A DNA stretch of 62,989 bases, the filler included. It is 6 parts of 6 records of this genome, joined end to end, with 100 filler letters (N's around TTAATTAATTAA, not from the genome) between each part and the next. Parts side by side here need not be neighbours in the genome. Positions count along the whole stretch, not along the records: positions 30,805 to 47,088 come from DRR723986_1805; 5 more parts are not named here. One strand, 5' to 3'. The notes under the pieces are model-generated. The model was given only the letters and a program-made list of their open reading frames with translations, was not told the DNA's origin and did no database searches. Below, piece by piece: positions 30,805 through 42,546 of this stretch. Made by a program: the position numbers and the translations under genes. Every line of letters begins with the position of its first letter. Within the stretch, counting starts at the first letter, position 1.

Positions 30805-33800
30805 CAGCTGTTTCCACCACAGCGCCGTGGGGCTATCGATGGAATAGCCGCCGTTAAAGAAATCAAGGCTGAGGCCAAACATCATCGGCGCCAGCCCCGC
30901 CATCGTGGTGATGGTGGTCAGCAGCACCGGGCGAATACGGTCTTCGGCGGTGCGAATGATCGCCTCGATCTGTGGCATGTAGCGGCGGTAATCTTGGAAG
31001 GTGTCGATCAACACAATGTTGTTGTTCACCACAATCCCTGCCAGGGCCACAATGCCCGTGCCCGTCATAATGATCGAGAAGGGCTGATTGAAATAAAGCA
31101 TGCCAATCAGCACGCCCGTGGTGGACAAGACCACCGCCAGCAGCACCAAGACCGCATTATAAAAGCTGTTGAACTGCGCCAAAAGGATGATGAACATCAG
31201 CCCCAAGGCCGCCGCAAAAGCCGATTGCAAAAACGCCTGGCTTTCGGCCTCGTTTTCCTGATCGCCCGTCCATTCATATTCCACCCCGGCAGGCAACACG
31301 CCGCTGTCTAGCCATTTGGACAGGGTTTCAATGCGCTCGGCCGGGGTGAGTGGCACGGTGGTTTCTGTGCCATCTGCGGCCGTATGGGGCACGGTCAGGC
31401 CATCGGCCACGCCTGCCTTTACATCGAAATAGCGCTTTTGATCCACGCGTTTGATCTGCGCCAGTTTCGGCACGGGCTGGCGTGTGATGAAATTGGCCAA
31501 AGGCACCAGCCCATCGCGGGTGCGCACCTTGAGCGTATCAAGGGTGGACAGCACGCGGTATTCTTCGGGCAGGCGCACGCGGATATCAATTTCCTCGTCC
31601 GATGTATCTACCCGCATCGTATCCAGCAAGATACCGCGCGTGACCAGCTGCACCATGGCGCCCACGGTTGCCACATCGGCGCCAAAGCGGCCGGCTTTTT
31701 CAACATCAACATCGATCTGCCAATCGATGCCGGGCAGGGGCAGCGTATCTTCGATCAGCGTCAGCCCTTCGGTCTGGTCAAATTTCTGCCGCACCATCTG
31801 CGTGCTGGCAATCAGCTGATCCCAATCGTTGCTTTTGATGCGCAAATGCACAGGCTTGGCCGATGCCGGGCCGCGCGATTGCTCGAGAATCTCGATCTGG
31901 ATGCCGGGAATATCTTGCAGGCTTTTCGTCAGCTCGGCGATGACCAAATCACCGTCCAGTTCGGGGCGGTCTTGGCGCGCTTTCCAGGGGATGATTTCGA
32001 TCTGCACCTGGCCAATCGTGTCCAAAGGCGGCTGCGCCCCGGAGGTGTTGGTGTTCAACCCGCCATCACCGGCAAAGGAGAACGCGCTGGAAATGCCGGG
32101 GTGGGCCAGAATGCGCTGTTCGACCAGCCGCACCAGAGCGTCTTTTTCGCCCAGCGATAGGTTGCCGCGGGCGCGCACGTAAACGATGGCCTGTTCTGGT
32201 TCGGTATCGGTGAAAAACTGCACGCCATTGTTATTGGCGCCATAGTAGCTGAAGACCGACATCACCAAAAAGATCACGCCGGCAATCGTGGCCAGCGGCA
32301 TTACCGGGTTGCCGGCGATCAGGCCGATGAAATGGCCAAACACGCTGCGCTGATAGCCCGCCTTGATGCGGCGGCGGCGTTCGATTTTGGCCGCCGACAG
32401 GGTGATCGAGGCGCAAAACGACGAGACCAGGAACAACACCAGCCCCGGCAGCGTATCCATCGCCCCCATACCGCTGCGCGCAGCGCCCGTGAGATAGGCG
32501 GGGTTCACCGTTAACATTGCGCCCAAAAACATGCCGTAAAGCGGAATAGGCACCAAAAGCGCGCGCAGGGCCCAGGGCAGGCGGGCGCGCAACGCATCGG
32601 AATAATGGGTAAATTTACGGCTGATACGCCCGCTGACCCCGCCCATAACCGGCAGGTAAACGAGCGCCACCACAAGGCTGGCAGAAAGCACGAAAATCAG
32701 CGTGATGGGCAACATGCCCATAAATTCGCCCGCAACACCGGGCCAAAACAGCATGGGCAAAAAGGCGCAAAGCGTTGTGGCGGTCGAGCTGATGATCGGC
32801 CAGAACATGCGCTTTGCGGCCTCCACATAGGCATGCATCGGCCCCGCGCCTTCGGATATGCGTTTGTCGGCATATTCAACCACCACAATGGCGCCATCCA
32901 CCAACATGCCCACCGCCAAGATCAGGCCAAACATCACGATGTTGGAAATGGTCACGCCCATGATCGCCAACAGCACGAAGCACAGCAAAAACGAGGTGGG
33001 AATGGCAAAGCCCACCAGCAAGGCCGCCCGGCTGCCGAGGCTGGCCAGGATCACGATCATCACCAGCGCAATCGCCGTTAAAACCGAGCCTTCCAGCTGC
33101 CCCACCATCGAGGCCACGGTATCGCTTTGGTCGTTCGAGCTGCCCACATGGATGGCGGCGCGCAGGTCTTCGGGCCACTCGGCATAGGCGGCATCGACCA
33201 GCGCGCGCACCTCGGCTGCAGTGTCGATCAGGTTATAGCCTTTGCGCTTGACCACCTGCAGCGCCACGGTAGTTTCGCCGTTAAAACGCGCCGTGCCTTT
33301 GCGGTCTTCAAAGGTGAGGCGAATTTGGGCCAGATCGCCCAGTGTAACCACCCGTTCGCCATTGGTTTTCACCGGCAAGGCGTAAATATCGGCCACGGTT
33401 TCAAAACTAGAGGGGATTTTAACGCTAAAGCTGCCTTGCGGGCTTTCAATTTCGCCCGCGGCGATCAGCATGTTGTTGTTTTGCACAACATTGATCAGCT
33501 CGCCCGCCGAAACGTTATAGGATTCCAGCTTTAGCGGGTCGATTTCCACCTCGACCATCTCGTCGCGGTTGCCCGCGATACCCGCCTCTAGCACCGCATC
33601 CAGCGTTTCGATCTTGTCTTGCAGATCTTTGGCAATCTTGGCCATCGTCCGTTCGGGCACATCGCCCGTGAGATTGACAATGATGATGGGGAATTCGCTG
33701 AAATTGATCTCGTTGATCGAATATTTCTCAAACCCGCTGGGAAATTTGCCTTCGGCGGCACTCATCGCATCGCGCACATCGGCCATCACGCGGGTTTTAT

Positions 33801-34101
33801 CCCAGCCGAATTCAAATTCCAGCGCCACGCCCGCATAGCTTTCTGCGGCGGTCGAGGTCATTTTCTTCAGCCCGTCCAGATCAGACAGTTCGGCCTCCAT
33901 GGTTTTCACCAGCAAAGATTCCGAATCGATAGCCGAGATACCGGGGAAGGGCACAGAAACAAACAAAGCCGGAATTTCGATATCCGGCTCGCCCTCTTTG
34001 GGCAGGTTTCCATAGGCATAGGCCCCGGCCAAAATGCTAAGCGCAATAAAGGCCAGCACCATTCGCGCGCGCGATGCGGCCCAATCTACCAAACCCGTCA
34101 T
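30805..34101 (-). CDS. RND efflux permease subunit, 3'-truncated
   Basis: LAVGMLVDGAIVVVE, GIVVNNNIVLID, RIRPVLLTT. Confidence 0.93.
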
Positions 34102-35354
34102 TACATCGGCTCCTGAAAGCTGGGCGCCACTTCTACACCTTCGATCACATATTCCTGGCCCACGGTGATCACATCGGCGGCATCGGGCAGGCCCGTCACC
34201 CACACGCCCTGCACCGTATCGCGCAGCAACTGCACGGGGGCAAAGACTGTCAGGTTGCCATCCCCCACCAGGCGCACGCCCAAAACGCCCTCGTCATTCA
34301 GTGTCAGGGTGGATTGCGGCAGCAAATGCGCCTTGGCCCCATCCGATACGATCAACAGCTCGGCTGTTTGGCCATCGCGCACCGAAAGATCTGGGTTTGG
34401 CACCTCGATTTCCAGCCGGAAGGTGCGGGTGGTGTCATCGGCGCGACGCGACAAAAACGTGACCCGCCCGCGCAATTCGCGCCCATCGCTTAGCCGTGCG
34501 CCCGCCAGCGCGCCCACTTCGATGCGCTCAACCTGCGCCTCGGGGGCGTAGCCAACCAGCTTGATCGGATCCAGCTGTATCACCGTGGCGCATAGGCTGC
34601 CGGGCTGCAGCAGGCTGCCCAATTCGGCGGTATCGCTTTCAAGCAGCCCCGCGAACGAGGCTTTGATTTCCAGCCGCTCCAGCTCTTTTTCGGCGCTGGC
34701 TACAGCGGCTTGGGCAGATTGAATATTGGCCTGAACCGTTTCCAGGCCCGAAAGCGCGGTTTCAACCGCCGCTTTGGCGCCGCTTACCGCCGCCTCGGTG
34801 GCTGCAAGCCGGGTTTCGCTGGCAAAGCCGTCTTTTGACAATTTGCTGGCGGCATTGCGGTTTAGTTCCGCCTCTTTCAGCTGTGCGCGGGCCTGATCGG
34901 CGCGGGCGGCAGCCTCGGGCACGCGGGCCCGCGCCTCGGCCAGGCGCGCGCGCGCCTCGGCCACAAGGGCGGGGCGGGTGCCGGCATCGATCTGGCACAG
35001 CACCTGGCCTTGCTGCACAAAACTGCCTTTGCGCAGCGGCTCTGATACCACCTGGCCTGCGGTTTCTGCCCGCAGATCAACCGAGCGCGCCGCCTGGGTT
35101 TCACCGCGCAGCACCACCGCACTATCGACGACCTGCGCCTTTGAATGCCGGGCAAACACACGCACCAGCGGGCGGGCAGGGGTGCCGGCCTGGGCATCGG
35201 GGGCGGCCTGGGCAGCGGGTGCGGGCGATGCGGCATTGGGGCCTGCATCGGCCGGGCCGCCGGTGGCAAAGGCCAGCAGTTTGTCCCGCTCCATCACGGC
35301 AAAATACAGGGCCACGGTCACGATGATGGCGGTCAGAATCGGAATGATACGCAT
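34101..35354 (-). CDS. RND efflux periplasmic adaptor (MFP)
   Basis: N-terminal TM, coiled-coil hairpin, TRTFRLE; coupled to the permease. Confidence 0.92.
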   Translation of the reverse strand: MRIIPILTAIIVTVALYFAVMERDKLLAFATGGPADAGPNAASPAPAAQAAPDAQAGTPARPLVRVFARHSKAQVVDSAVVLRGETQAARSVDLRAETAGQVVSEPLRKGSFVQQGQVLCQIDAGTRPALVAEARARLAEARARVPEAAARADQARAQLKEAELNRNAASKLSKDGFASETRLAATEAAVSGAKAAVETALSGLETVQANIQSAQAAVASAEKELERLEIKASFAGLLESDTAELGSLLQPGSLCATVIQLDPIKLVGYAPEAQVERIEVGALAGARLSDGRELRGRVTFLSRRADDTTRTFRLEIEVPNPDLSVRDGQTAELLIVSDGAKAHLLPQSTLTLNDEGVLGVRLVGDGNLTVFAPVQLLRDTVQGVWVTGLPDAADVITVGQEYVIEGVEVAPSFQEPM

Positions 35355-35584
35355 ATGGGATCTCGAAAGGTTAGATAGCCGGCTGAACTGTCACGCTTTG
35401 TTTACATAATCTCGCGCTGTGCAGGTTTTAAGCCTATTACGCTAAACTATCCAGTTTAGATTAGCTTTTTTCACACGAAAGTTCAAGTTTTGCGAATTCT
35501 GGCCATAAGTGGCAGGTTTTCAGGGCCTTGGCAGCGCAGACCCAAGCCGTTAAGAGAGGGGCCAAGGTTTGACAGGGGGTGATC

Positions 35585-36241
35585 GTGAGCGACACTGACA
35601 GCTTTATCGACGAAGTGACCGAAGAAGTCCGCCGGGATCGCCTGTTTGCGTTGATGCGCAAATATGGCTGGATTGGCGTTTTGGCGGTGCTGTTGCTTGT
35701 GGGCGGTGCGGCCTGGAACGAATGGCGCAAGGCCCAAGATACAGCCCAGGCGCAGGCGCTTGGCGATGGCTTGCTGGCGGCGCTGACCCAAGAGACACCC
35801 ACCGCGGCGCTAGATCAGCTCAATGCCCTGCCCACCGATCGCGCCGGGGCCACGCTGGTGACAGGCTTTGCCAAAGCCGCCCAGCATCTGGCCGCGGGCG
35901 ATACCCAGGCGGCACTTGCGCAGTTTGAAACATTGGCCACCAACGACCAAATCGCCCCGGCCTATCGGCAATTGGCCAGTTTTCGCGCGCTCACATTGGC
36001 CAGCACCCGTGCGCCGGCCGAGCGGCGTTTGGGCTTTGAGGCCTTGCAGCAATCCACCGGCATCTTGCGCCTGCTGGCCGAAGAGCAATTGGCCCTGCTT
36101 GATATCGAAGAGGGCAACCGCGATGCCGCGATCGAGCGGCTGAATAAGATCATCGCAGATGCCGAAACAACAGCAGGCTTGCGCCGCCGCGCTGCACAGT
36201 TGATTGTGGCTTTGGGCGGCAACGTGCCGCAAGCCGGCTGA
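35585..36241 (+). CDS. YfgM-like TPR membrane protein
   Basis: DSFIDEVTEEVRRDRL, single TM; conserved upstream of the PQQ-repeat gene and der. Confidence 0.8.
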   Translation: MSDTDSFIDEVTEEVRRDRLFALMRKYGWIGVLAVLLLVGGAAWNEWRKAQDTAQAQALGDGLLAALTQETPTAALDQLNALPTDRAGATLVTGFAKAAQHLAAGDTQAALAQFETLATNDQIAPAYRQLASFRALTLASTRAPAERRLGFEALQQSTGILRLLAEEQLALLDIEEGNRDAAIERLNKIIADAETTAGLRRRAAQLIVALGGNVPQAG

Positions 36242-36321
36242 CCAGGCCGCGGGCCGGCGTTTGCTGCCCCAGCAAGACTTGAAAGCGCCTGACAGGCGGC
36301 GCAAACCACGAGGGCTGAAAA

Positions 36322-37620
36322 GTGAAAAAACGCGCATTGTTGATCGGTTTGGCCGGTGCCCTGTTGCTGGCGGGATGCGAAGAAAAAGAGCCTGTTTTGG
36401 TTGGCAAGCGCGAAGATGTGCGCAGCATACCCGCCGTAGCCCCGCTGGGGCCCACCCCGGTGAAACTGGCCCAATCCCAACGCAACAGCGCCTGGCCCCA
36501 GGCCCATGGCACACCCCGCTTTCGCACCGAAAACGCGGCCCTTTCGCGCCAGCCCCAACTGGTATGGAGCGCCCCCATCGGCGAGGGCGACAGCCGCAAA
36601 CTGCGCCTGAACACCGACCCTGTCGTGGCGGCAGACCGGATCTTTACCATGGATGCCAATGCCCGCGTCATGGCCCATAGCACCGATGGCGCGCCTTTGT
36701 GGCAGCGCTCGCTGGTGCCGCCGGGCGATGACCCGTCCGAGGCCATGGGTGGCGGCATGGCCTTTGATCAGGGGCGGCTTTATGTGGCCTCGGGCTATGG
36801 GTTGCTCAGCGCCCTTGATGCCGCCAGCGGCGCTGTGATCTGGCAACAGCGCTTGGGCGCCACCGGCTCGGGCAGCCCCACGGTGGCCGATGGGCTGGTT
36901 TATCTGGTGTCGGGCGATGACACGGCATGGGCCCTTGATGCCGATACCGGGCGCATCCGCTGGCAGCTTTCCGCGCCACCGGATGTGACCAATGTGTTGG
37001 GCGCGCCCGCCCCGGTGTTGAGCGATGATTTTGTCATTTTCGCCTATGGCGGCGGCGAGATCCAGGCGGCCTTCCGCAAAGGTGGCCTGCGCATCTGGGA
37101 CAGCGCTGTGGCCGGCCAAGACCGCTTTTCCGCCGCAGCCAAGATCAGCGACATCACCGGCGCGCCGATCTTGGCGGGCGGGCGGCTGTTTCTCAGCACG
37201 TTTTCGGGCCGCAGCGTTGCGATCAACCCCGACAATGGCGAACGCCTGTGGACAGCCCCCTATGGCGCATTATCGCCGCTTTGGGCCACCGGCAGCGCGG
37301 TTTTCCTGGTGTCGGAAACCAACAATCTGGTGCGTTTGAATGCCAGCGACGGGCGGCTTGTGTGGTCGGTGCCGCTGCCGCTGTTCACCGAAAACCGGGC
37401 CAAGCGCCAAACCCAAATCTATGCCCATCACGGGCCTATCCTGGCCGGTGGCCTGCTTTGGGTTGCCTCAAGCGATGGGGCACTGCGCGGGTTTGATCCG
37501 GTTTCGGGGGCTTTGGCCACGCAAATTGCCATTCCCGATGGCGCCACAACCCAGCCTGTAGTGGCCAATGGCACGCTTTATGTGGTCAGCCGGCGCGGCG
37601 AACTGCACGCTTTCCGTTAA
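36322..37620 (+). CDS. PQQ-like beta-propeller lipoprotein (BamB-like)
   Basis: Lipobox LAGC; repeated A.D..G...W motifs. Confidence 0.87.
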   Translation: MKKRALLIGLAGALLLAGCEEKEPVLVGKREDVRSIPAVAPLGPTPVKLAQSQRNSAWPQAHGTPRFRTENAALSRQPQLVWSAPIGEGDSRKLRLNTDPVVAADRIFTMDANARVMAHSTDGAPLWQRSLVPPGDDPSEAMGGGMAFDQGRLYVASGYGLLSALDAASGAVIWQQRLGATGSGSPTVADGLVYLVSGDDTAWALDADTGRIRWQLSAPPDVTNVLGAPAPVLSDDFVIFAYGGGEIQAAFRKGGLRIWDSAVAGQDRFSAAAKISDITGAPILAGGRLFLSTFSGRSVAINPDNGERLWTAPYGALSPLWATGSAVFLVSETNNLVRLNASDGRLVWSVPLPLFTENRAKRQTQIYAHHGPILAGGLLWVASSDGALRGFDPVSGALATQIAIPDGATTQPVVANGTLYVVSRRGELHAFR

Positions 37621-37669
37621 GTCTGCTTTGCTGTAAAGCAGCAGGCTAACGCCGTTGGAGACACGGGAA

Positions 37670-39151
37670 ATGAGCTTTACCTTGGCCATCGTTGGCCGCC
37701 CAAATGTGGGCAAATCTACGCTATTTAACCGCCTTGTTGGTAAACGTCTGGCGCTGGTCGATGACCAGCCTGGCGTCACGCGCGACCTGCGCGAAGGGGC
37801 CGCCCGCCTGGGCGAGCTGCGCTTTACCGTGATCGACACCGCAGGGCTGGAAGAGGCCACAGATGAAAGCCTGCAAGGCCGGATGCGCCGACTGACCGAG
37901 CGTGCCGTAGATATGGCAGATATCTGCCTGTTTTTGGTGGATGCCCGCGTGGGCGTGACACCCGCCGATGAAATTTTCGCCGATATCCTGCGCAAACGCG
38001 GGCGGCATGTGATCGTAGGCGCCAACAAAGCCGAAGGCAATGCCGGCGAGGCGGGCTTTCTCGAGGCTTATGGCCTGGGCCTGGGCGAACCGGTGCGCCT
38101 GTCGGCCGAACATGGCGAGGGCATGATCGACCTGTTAGACGTGTTGCGACCCTTGGCCGAAACACTGGCTGTCCAGACCCCCAACGCCGAGGCCGAAACC
38201 GATGTGGGCTTGGGCGACGAGGGCGAGGAGCTGCCGGAATGGGACGGCGGCGATGACGTGCCCCCGTTTCGCCAGCCCACAGCCGAGCGCCCGCTACAAG
38301 TGGCGGTGGTGGGGCGCCCGAATGCGGGCAAATCGACATTAATTAACAAATTGTTGGGCGAAGACCGGCTGTTGACCGGCCCCGAGGCCGGCATCACCCG
38401 CGATGCCATATCGCTGACCCTTGATTGGGAGGGACTGCCGGTGCGCATTTGGGACACCGCCGGCATGCGCAAACGCGCCCGGGTGCAGGAAAAACTGGAA
38501 AAGCTGTCGGTCAGCGACGGGTTGCGCGCGGTCAAATTTGCCGAGGTGGTGGTGGTGCTCTTGGATGCGGCCATTCCCTTTGAGCAGCAGGATTTGCGCA
38601 TTGCTGACCTGGCCGAGCGCGAGGGCCGCGCCGTTGTGGTTGCGGTAAACAAATGGGATGTCGAAGACGCCAAGCAAGAAAAGCTGCGCGATCTGCGCGA
38701 GGCCTTTGAGCGGCTTTTGCCGCAATTGCGCGGCGCACCGCTGGTGACGGTGTCGGCCAAAACCGGCAAAGGGCTGGACCGCCTGCGCACCGCGGTCGAG
38801 CGCGCCTATACGGTGTGGAACACCCGCATCCCAACTGGCCAGCTGAACCGCTGGCTATTGGGCATGGTCGAACAGCACCCACCGCCCGCACCGCAGGGCC
38901 GCCGCATCAAGCTGCGCTATATGACCCAGGCCAAAACCCGCCCACCGGGGTTTGTGGTGATGTGCAGCCACCCCGATAAAATGCCAGACAGCTATACCCG
39001 CTATTTGGTGAATGGCTTGCGCGAAAGCTTTGATATGCCTGGCACGCCCATACGGATCTTTATGCGCGGGCAGGGCGATCGGAACCCCTATAAGGGGCGG
39101 CGCGATAAGAATGCGGGCGCTTTGCAAAAACACCTGAATAAAAAGGGCTGA
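37670..39151 (+). CDS. der: Ribosome biogenesis GTPase Der
   Basis: Two GTPase domains: GRPNVGKS and [16 protein letters not shown]. Confidence 0.97.
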   Translation: MSFTLAIVGRPNVGKSTLFNRLVGKRLALVDDQPGVTRDLREGAARLGELRFTVIDTAGLEEATDESLQGRMRRLTERAVDMADICLFLVDARVGVTPADEIFADILRKRGRHVIVGANKAEGNAGEAGFLEAYGLGLGEPVRLSAEHGEGMIDLLDVLRPLAETLAVQTPNAEAETDVGLGDEGEELPEWDGGDDVPPFRQPTAERPLQVAVVGRPNAGKSTLINKLLGEDRLLTGPEAGITRDAISLTLDWEGLPVRIWDTAGMRKRARVQEKLEKLSVSDGLRAVKFAEVVVVLLDAAIPFEQQDLRIADLAEREGRAVVVAVNKWDVEDAKQEKLRDLREAFERLLPQLRGAPLVTVSAKTGKGLDRLRTAVERAYTVWNTRIPTGQLNRWLLGMVEQHPPPAPQGRRIKLRYMTQAKTRPPGFVVMCSHPDKMPDSYTRYLVNGLRESFDMPGTPIRIFMRGQGDRNPYKGRRDKNAGALQKHLNKKG

Positions 39152-39160
39152 GGCCTGCGC

Positions 39161-39187
39161 ATTTTGAGTATTTGCACCAAGATGAAG
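39161..39187 (-). repeat. Short Rhodobacteraceae intergenic repeat-like element
   Basis: CTTCATCTTGGTGCAAATACTC shares a core with 55516-55561. Confidence 0.45.
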
Positions 39188-39219
39188 GGCAAAACCCAGG
39201 GCCTGCCCCGCGATTGGCG

Positions 39220-39834
39220 TTAGGGGCCGGGGCGCAGGTGCAGTGAAAGCGCCTGTGCCTCGCTGTGCAGGGTTAGCGCGATTTTGCGTTTTTCGGCCAG
39301 GCTGCGCAGCAAGCTAAACTGCACATCGCGAGGGTGAACCGCCGTGTCGGGCCCGGTTAACAGCGCCCAACGGTGTGGCATCGGGTGCAGTTTTTCGCCG
39401 CAGGCGGTGATCTGCCAATCGGGCCCATCGCTGGCCACGCCCAGGGTACCGCCGGATGGCAACGCGCCCTCAAGGCACAATAGGGAAAGGCAAATCAGTT
39501 GCACCACGGGGCGTGGCACCGGCGCGCAGGGCTGGCACTGATAGCGCAGCCGACTGTCGCGCCCCAGGGCCTGCAGCAGGCTGGAGAGATCTTTATGCGC
39601 CATATCAGCGCCGGTATCGGCCGCGCCAAACGCCAGGCGAAAAAACTGCAGCCTTGCCTGGGCCTGCGCCAGGCTGGCGGAGATCAAGGCCATTTCGGGA
39701 CTATTTTGCGCGGCATTCGCGCTGGCCAGCGACAGCAGCTCTAGCCCGTTGCCAGCTGCGCCGATCGGGCTTATCAGGTCGTGGCAGATGCGGGCGCTTA
39801 CAAGCCCGGCCAAATCCGCTGTGTCGCTTTGCAT
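39220..39834 (-). CDS. chpT: Histidine phosphotransferase ChpT
   Basis: RICHDLISPIGA..NGLELL, FFRLAFGAA. Confidence 0.9.
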   Translation of the reverse strand: MQSDTADLAGLVSARICHDLISPIGAAGNGLELLSLASANAAQNSPEMALISASLAQAQARLQFFRLAFGAADTGADMAHKDLSSLLQALGRDSRLRYQCQPCAPVPRPVVQLICLSLLCLEGALPSGGTLGVASDGPDWQITACGEKLHPMPHRWALLTGPDTAVHPRDVQFSLLRSLAEKRKIALTLHSEAQALSLHLRPGP

Positions 39835-39865
39835 GGCGTCCTCTGACAGGCAAAATGGGGCCGAA

Positions 39866-40051
39866 ATGGATGATTTGAACGGATTTTTGGAACCCGGCAT
39901 GTTGGTGCGCCACCCCGGTTGCCCGGAATGGGGAATTGGACAGGTGCAATCGCGCATTGGCACGCGGATTACGGTGATGTTCCCCGAGGCGGGAAAAGTG
40001 GTGATCAACGGCGCGCATGTGGCGCTGGAGCCTGTCTTTGATGCATCGTGA
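39866..40051 (+). CDS. DUF3553 small protein
   Basis: LEPGMLVRHP..PEWGIGQVQS..GKVVI; divergent from chpT. Confidence 0.85.
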   Translation: MDDLNGFLEPGMLVRHPGCPEWGIGQVQSRIGTRITVMFPEAGKVVINGAHVALEPVFDAS

Positions 40052-40052
40052 T

Positions 40053-40070
40053 GGTTAATAAATCGTTACC
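40053..40070 (-). promoter_or_regulatory. CtrA-like binding site
   Basis: Minus strand GTAA-N7-TTAAC versus consensus TTAA-N7-TTAAC. Confidence 0.45.
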
Positions 40071-40166
40071 AGCGCCCTGTAATTGGGCCTGCACTGGCCT
40101 GGTTGGGGGCTGTTGCGCTTGGGCGTTGGCTGGGCTTAGATGCCACATGCAAGGACCCATGAACCG

Positions 40167-40949
40167 ATGACCCAAACCGCCCCCAGCGCGCCAGTTTTCA
40201 CAACCGCCCTGGCGCAAACAGCACAGGATCTGCGCGCCGCACAGCGCCTGCGCTATCGTGTGTTTGTCGAGGAATTGGGCGGCGCGGGCGCCATGGTTGA
40301 CCATGAGGCGCGGCTGGAACAAGACCGGTTCGACCCTTTTTTCGATCATCTTTTGCTGCGCGACATCACCCGCCCCGAGGCAGAGCAAGTGGTGGGTGTA
40401 TACCGGCTGTTGCGCAGCGAGGGCGCGCGGGCAGTGGGGCAGTTTTATTCAGAAGATGAATATGATTTGGGCGTTTTGCGCCAAAGCGGGCGGCGGCTGT
40501 TGGAATTGGGCCGCTCGTGCCTTTTGCCCGAATATCGCGGGGGCGCGGGGATGTTTCATTTATGGACGGCCCTCAGCGCCTATGTCGCACAGCACCAGAT
40601 CGAGATTTTATTTGGCGTGGCCAGTTTTCATGGCACCGACAGGGCGGCCTTGGCGGCGCCTTTATCGCTGCTTTATCATGCGCATTTGGCGCCACCTGAA
40701 TTGCGGGTGCAGGCGCGGGGCGCTGAGGCACTGGATATGAATATGATCGCGGCCACCGAACTGGACAGGCGCGCCGCCGTGTTAGAGATACCTGCCCTGA
40801 TCAAGGCCTATCTGCGGCTGGGCGGGTTTGTGGGGCAGGGCGCCTATGTGGATCATGCGTTTAACACCACCGATGTGTGCCTGGTGTTGGACACACAGCG
40901 TATGAACGCCCGCCAGCGCAGCATTTACACGCGGCCAGGTGGCGCATGA
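40167..40949 (+). CDS. olsB: Ornithine N-acyltransferase (GNAT)
   Basis: AQRLRYRVFVEE, LELGRSC, PALIKAYLRLG; upstream of an acyltransferase. Confidence 0.88.
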   Translation: MTQTAPSAPVFTTALAQTAQDLRAAQRLRYRVFVEELGGAGAMVDHEARLEQDRFDPFFDHLLLRDITRPEAEQVVGVYRLLRSEGARAVGQFYSEDEYDLGVLRQSGRRLLELGRSCLLPEYRGGAGMFHLWTALSAYVAQHQIEILFGVASFHGTDRAALAAPLSLLYHAHLAPPELRVQARGAEALDMNMIAATELDRRAAVLEIPALIKAYLRLGGFVGQGAYVDHAFNTTDVCLVLDTQRMNARQRSIYTRPGGA

Positions 40950-41788
40950 GCCCCACCAGCTGGACCCCGCCACCGGCCCCGCCGCCGCCACAGCTGCGCC
41001 TGCGCGATTGGCTGCGCGTTGCGCGGCGTGTGCTGGCCTTGGGCGGGCTAATTGCCCTTTGCCTGGGTCTGATGATGGCCCTGCGGCTGATCGAGCGCCC
41101 GCTGTGGGGCAAGAGGCGCCCGCTGACGCCCTATTTGACACAGTTTGTCAGCCTGTCGGCGTTTCGGATTTTGGGAATGCGTTATCACCGGCGCGGCGCG
41201 CGCATGCAAGGGCGGGGGGCGGTGGTGGCCAATCACGTGTCGTGGTTGGATATTTTTGCGCTGAACGCCGGTAAGCGGGTGTATTTCGTCTCAAAGGCCG
41301 AGGTGGCGGGGTGGCCCGGCATTGGGCTATTGGCGCGCGCCACGGGCACGGTGTTTATCAAACGCGACCCGCGCGAGGCAAAGCGCCAGCAAGAGGTTTT
41401 TGAAGAGCGGTTGTTGGCGGGCCATAAATTGCTGTTTTTTCCCGAAGGCACATCCACCGATGGCATGGTGGTGTTGCCGTTCAAGACAACGCTGTTTCAG
41501 GCGTTTTTCGCCCCCGAGCTGCGGCAACGAATCGCGGTTCAGCCTGTCAGCCTGATCTATCACGCCCCCGCAGGCGCTGACCCGCGGTTTTATGGCTGGT
41601 GGGGGGATATGGATTTTGGCACGCATTTGCTGCGGGTTTTGGCGGCGCCGCGCCAGGGGCGCGTTGAGGTGGTTTATCACAGCCCGCTAGATGTGCGCGA
41701 TTTTGCCAGCCGCAAAGAATTGGCCGCGCATTGCGAGGCAAATATACGCAACGCTATGCCCGAGTGCCGGCAGGGCTGTGGGGCTTAG
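40946..41788 (+). CDS. olsA: Lyso-ornithine lipid acyltransferase
   Basis: NHVSWLD, FFPEGTS, YGWWGDM; ATGA overlap with olsB. Confidence 0.85.
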   Translation: MSPTSWTPPPAPPPPQLRLRDWLRVARRVLALGGLIALCLGLMMALRLIERPLWGKRRPLTPYLTQFVSLSAFRILGMRYHRRGARMQGRGAVVANHVSWLDIFALNAGKRVYFVSKAEVAGWPGIGLLARATGTVFIKRDPREAKRQQEVFEERLLAGHKLLFFPEGTSTDGMVVLPFKTTLFQAFFAPELRQRIAVQPVSLIYHAPAGADPRFYGWWGDMDFGTHLLRVLAAPRQGRVEVVYHSPLDVRDFASRKELAAHCEANIRNAMPECRQGCGA

Positions 41789-42405
41789 CCCGCCATCGCA
41801 GCCTTTAGCGCGGCCAATTCCGATGCCGGATCGCTGGCAGACCAGATTTCATCGCCAATGGCAAAGAAATCTGTCATCGGCGCCAGCGCGCGCACCAGCG
41901 CCGGTGTCAGCCCGCCTTCGGCCACCACGGGCAGTTCAATCATTTGTGACCACCAGTCGAATAACTCCGCCTCGGCGATTTCGCCGTTGCCCAAAACGCT
42001 GGCGCCAACCGGGCCAAAGCTGACGTAATCTGCCCCCGCCTCGCCGGCATTCATGCCCTCGTGGCGCGAGGTGCCGCAATGGGCCCCGATGATGGCATCT
42101 GCGCCCAGATCTTTGCGGGTTTTGCGCACCAACCGCGCGCCATCGGTCAAATGCACACCGTCAAGCCCCAGCCGTTCGACCAGCAAAATATGGCTGTCGA
42201 TCACCAGCGCCACATCGCGGGCATGGGTGATTTCGCGCAAGGCATCAGCGGCGCGCGCGATGCGATCTTCGTCGCGGCTGGCCATGCTGAGGCGCACACA
42301 GGCAATTTCGTGGCTGTCCAGCACCGTGGCCAACACCTCGGGAAAGCGCGCCAGCTCGAATTCGGGCGGTGTGACCAGATAGATTTGTGGCAGCTCTTGG
42401 GCCAT
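41785..42405 (-). CDS. Thiamine-phosphate synthase family protein
   Basis: LDGVHL, GADYVSFGP, WWSQMIELPVVAEGG. Confidence 0.85.
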   Translation of the reverse strand: MAQELPQIYLVTPPEFELARFPEVLATVLDSHEIACVRLSMASRDEDRIARAADALREITHARDVALVIDSHILLVERLGLDGVHLTDGARLVRKTRKDLGADAIIGAHCGTSRHEGMNAGEAGADYVSFGPVGASVLGNGEIAEAELFDWWSQMIELPVVAEGGLTPALVRALAPMTDFFAIGDEIWSASDPASELAALKAAMAG

Positions 42406-42546
42406 GGCGCGCTCCTTCAGGTGTTGGCGCTCTATACCCATTCGCCGCGCCAAGGCCAAGAGGCAAGACAAAGCCGCCCAGGCGGGGCTTTTCCCCAAGG
42501 GTGCTTTGGCGTAAAGGGCGGTGGACAGTTGCAGAAAGGCCCGAAA

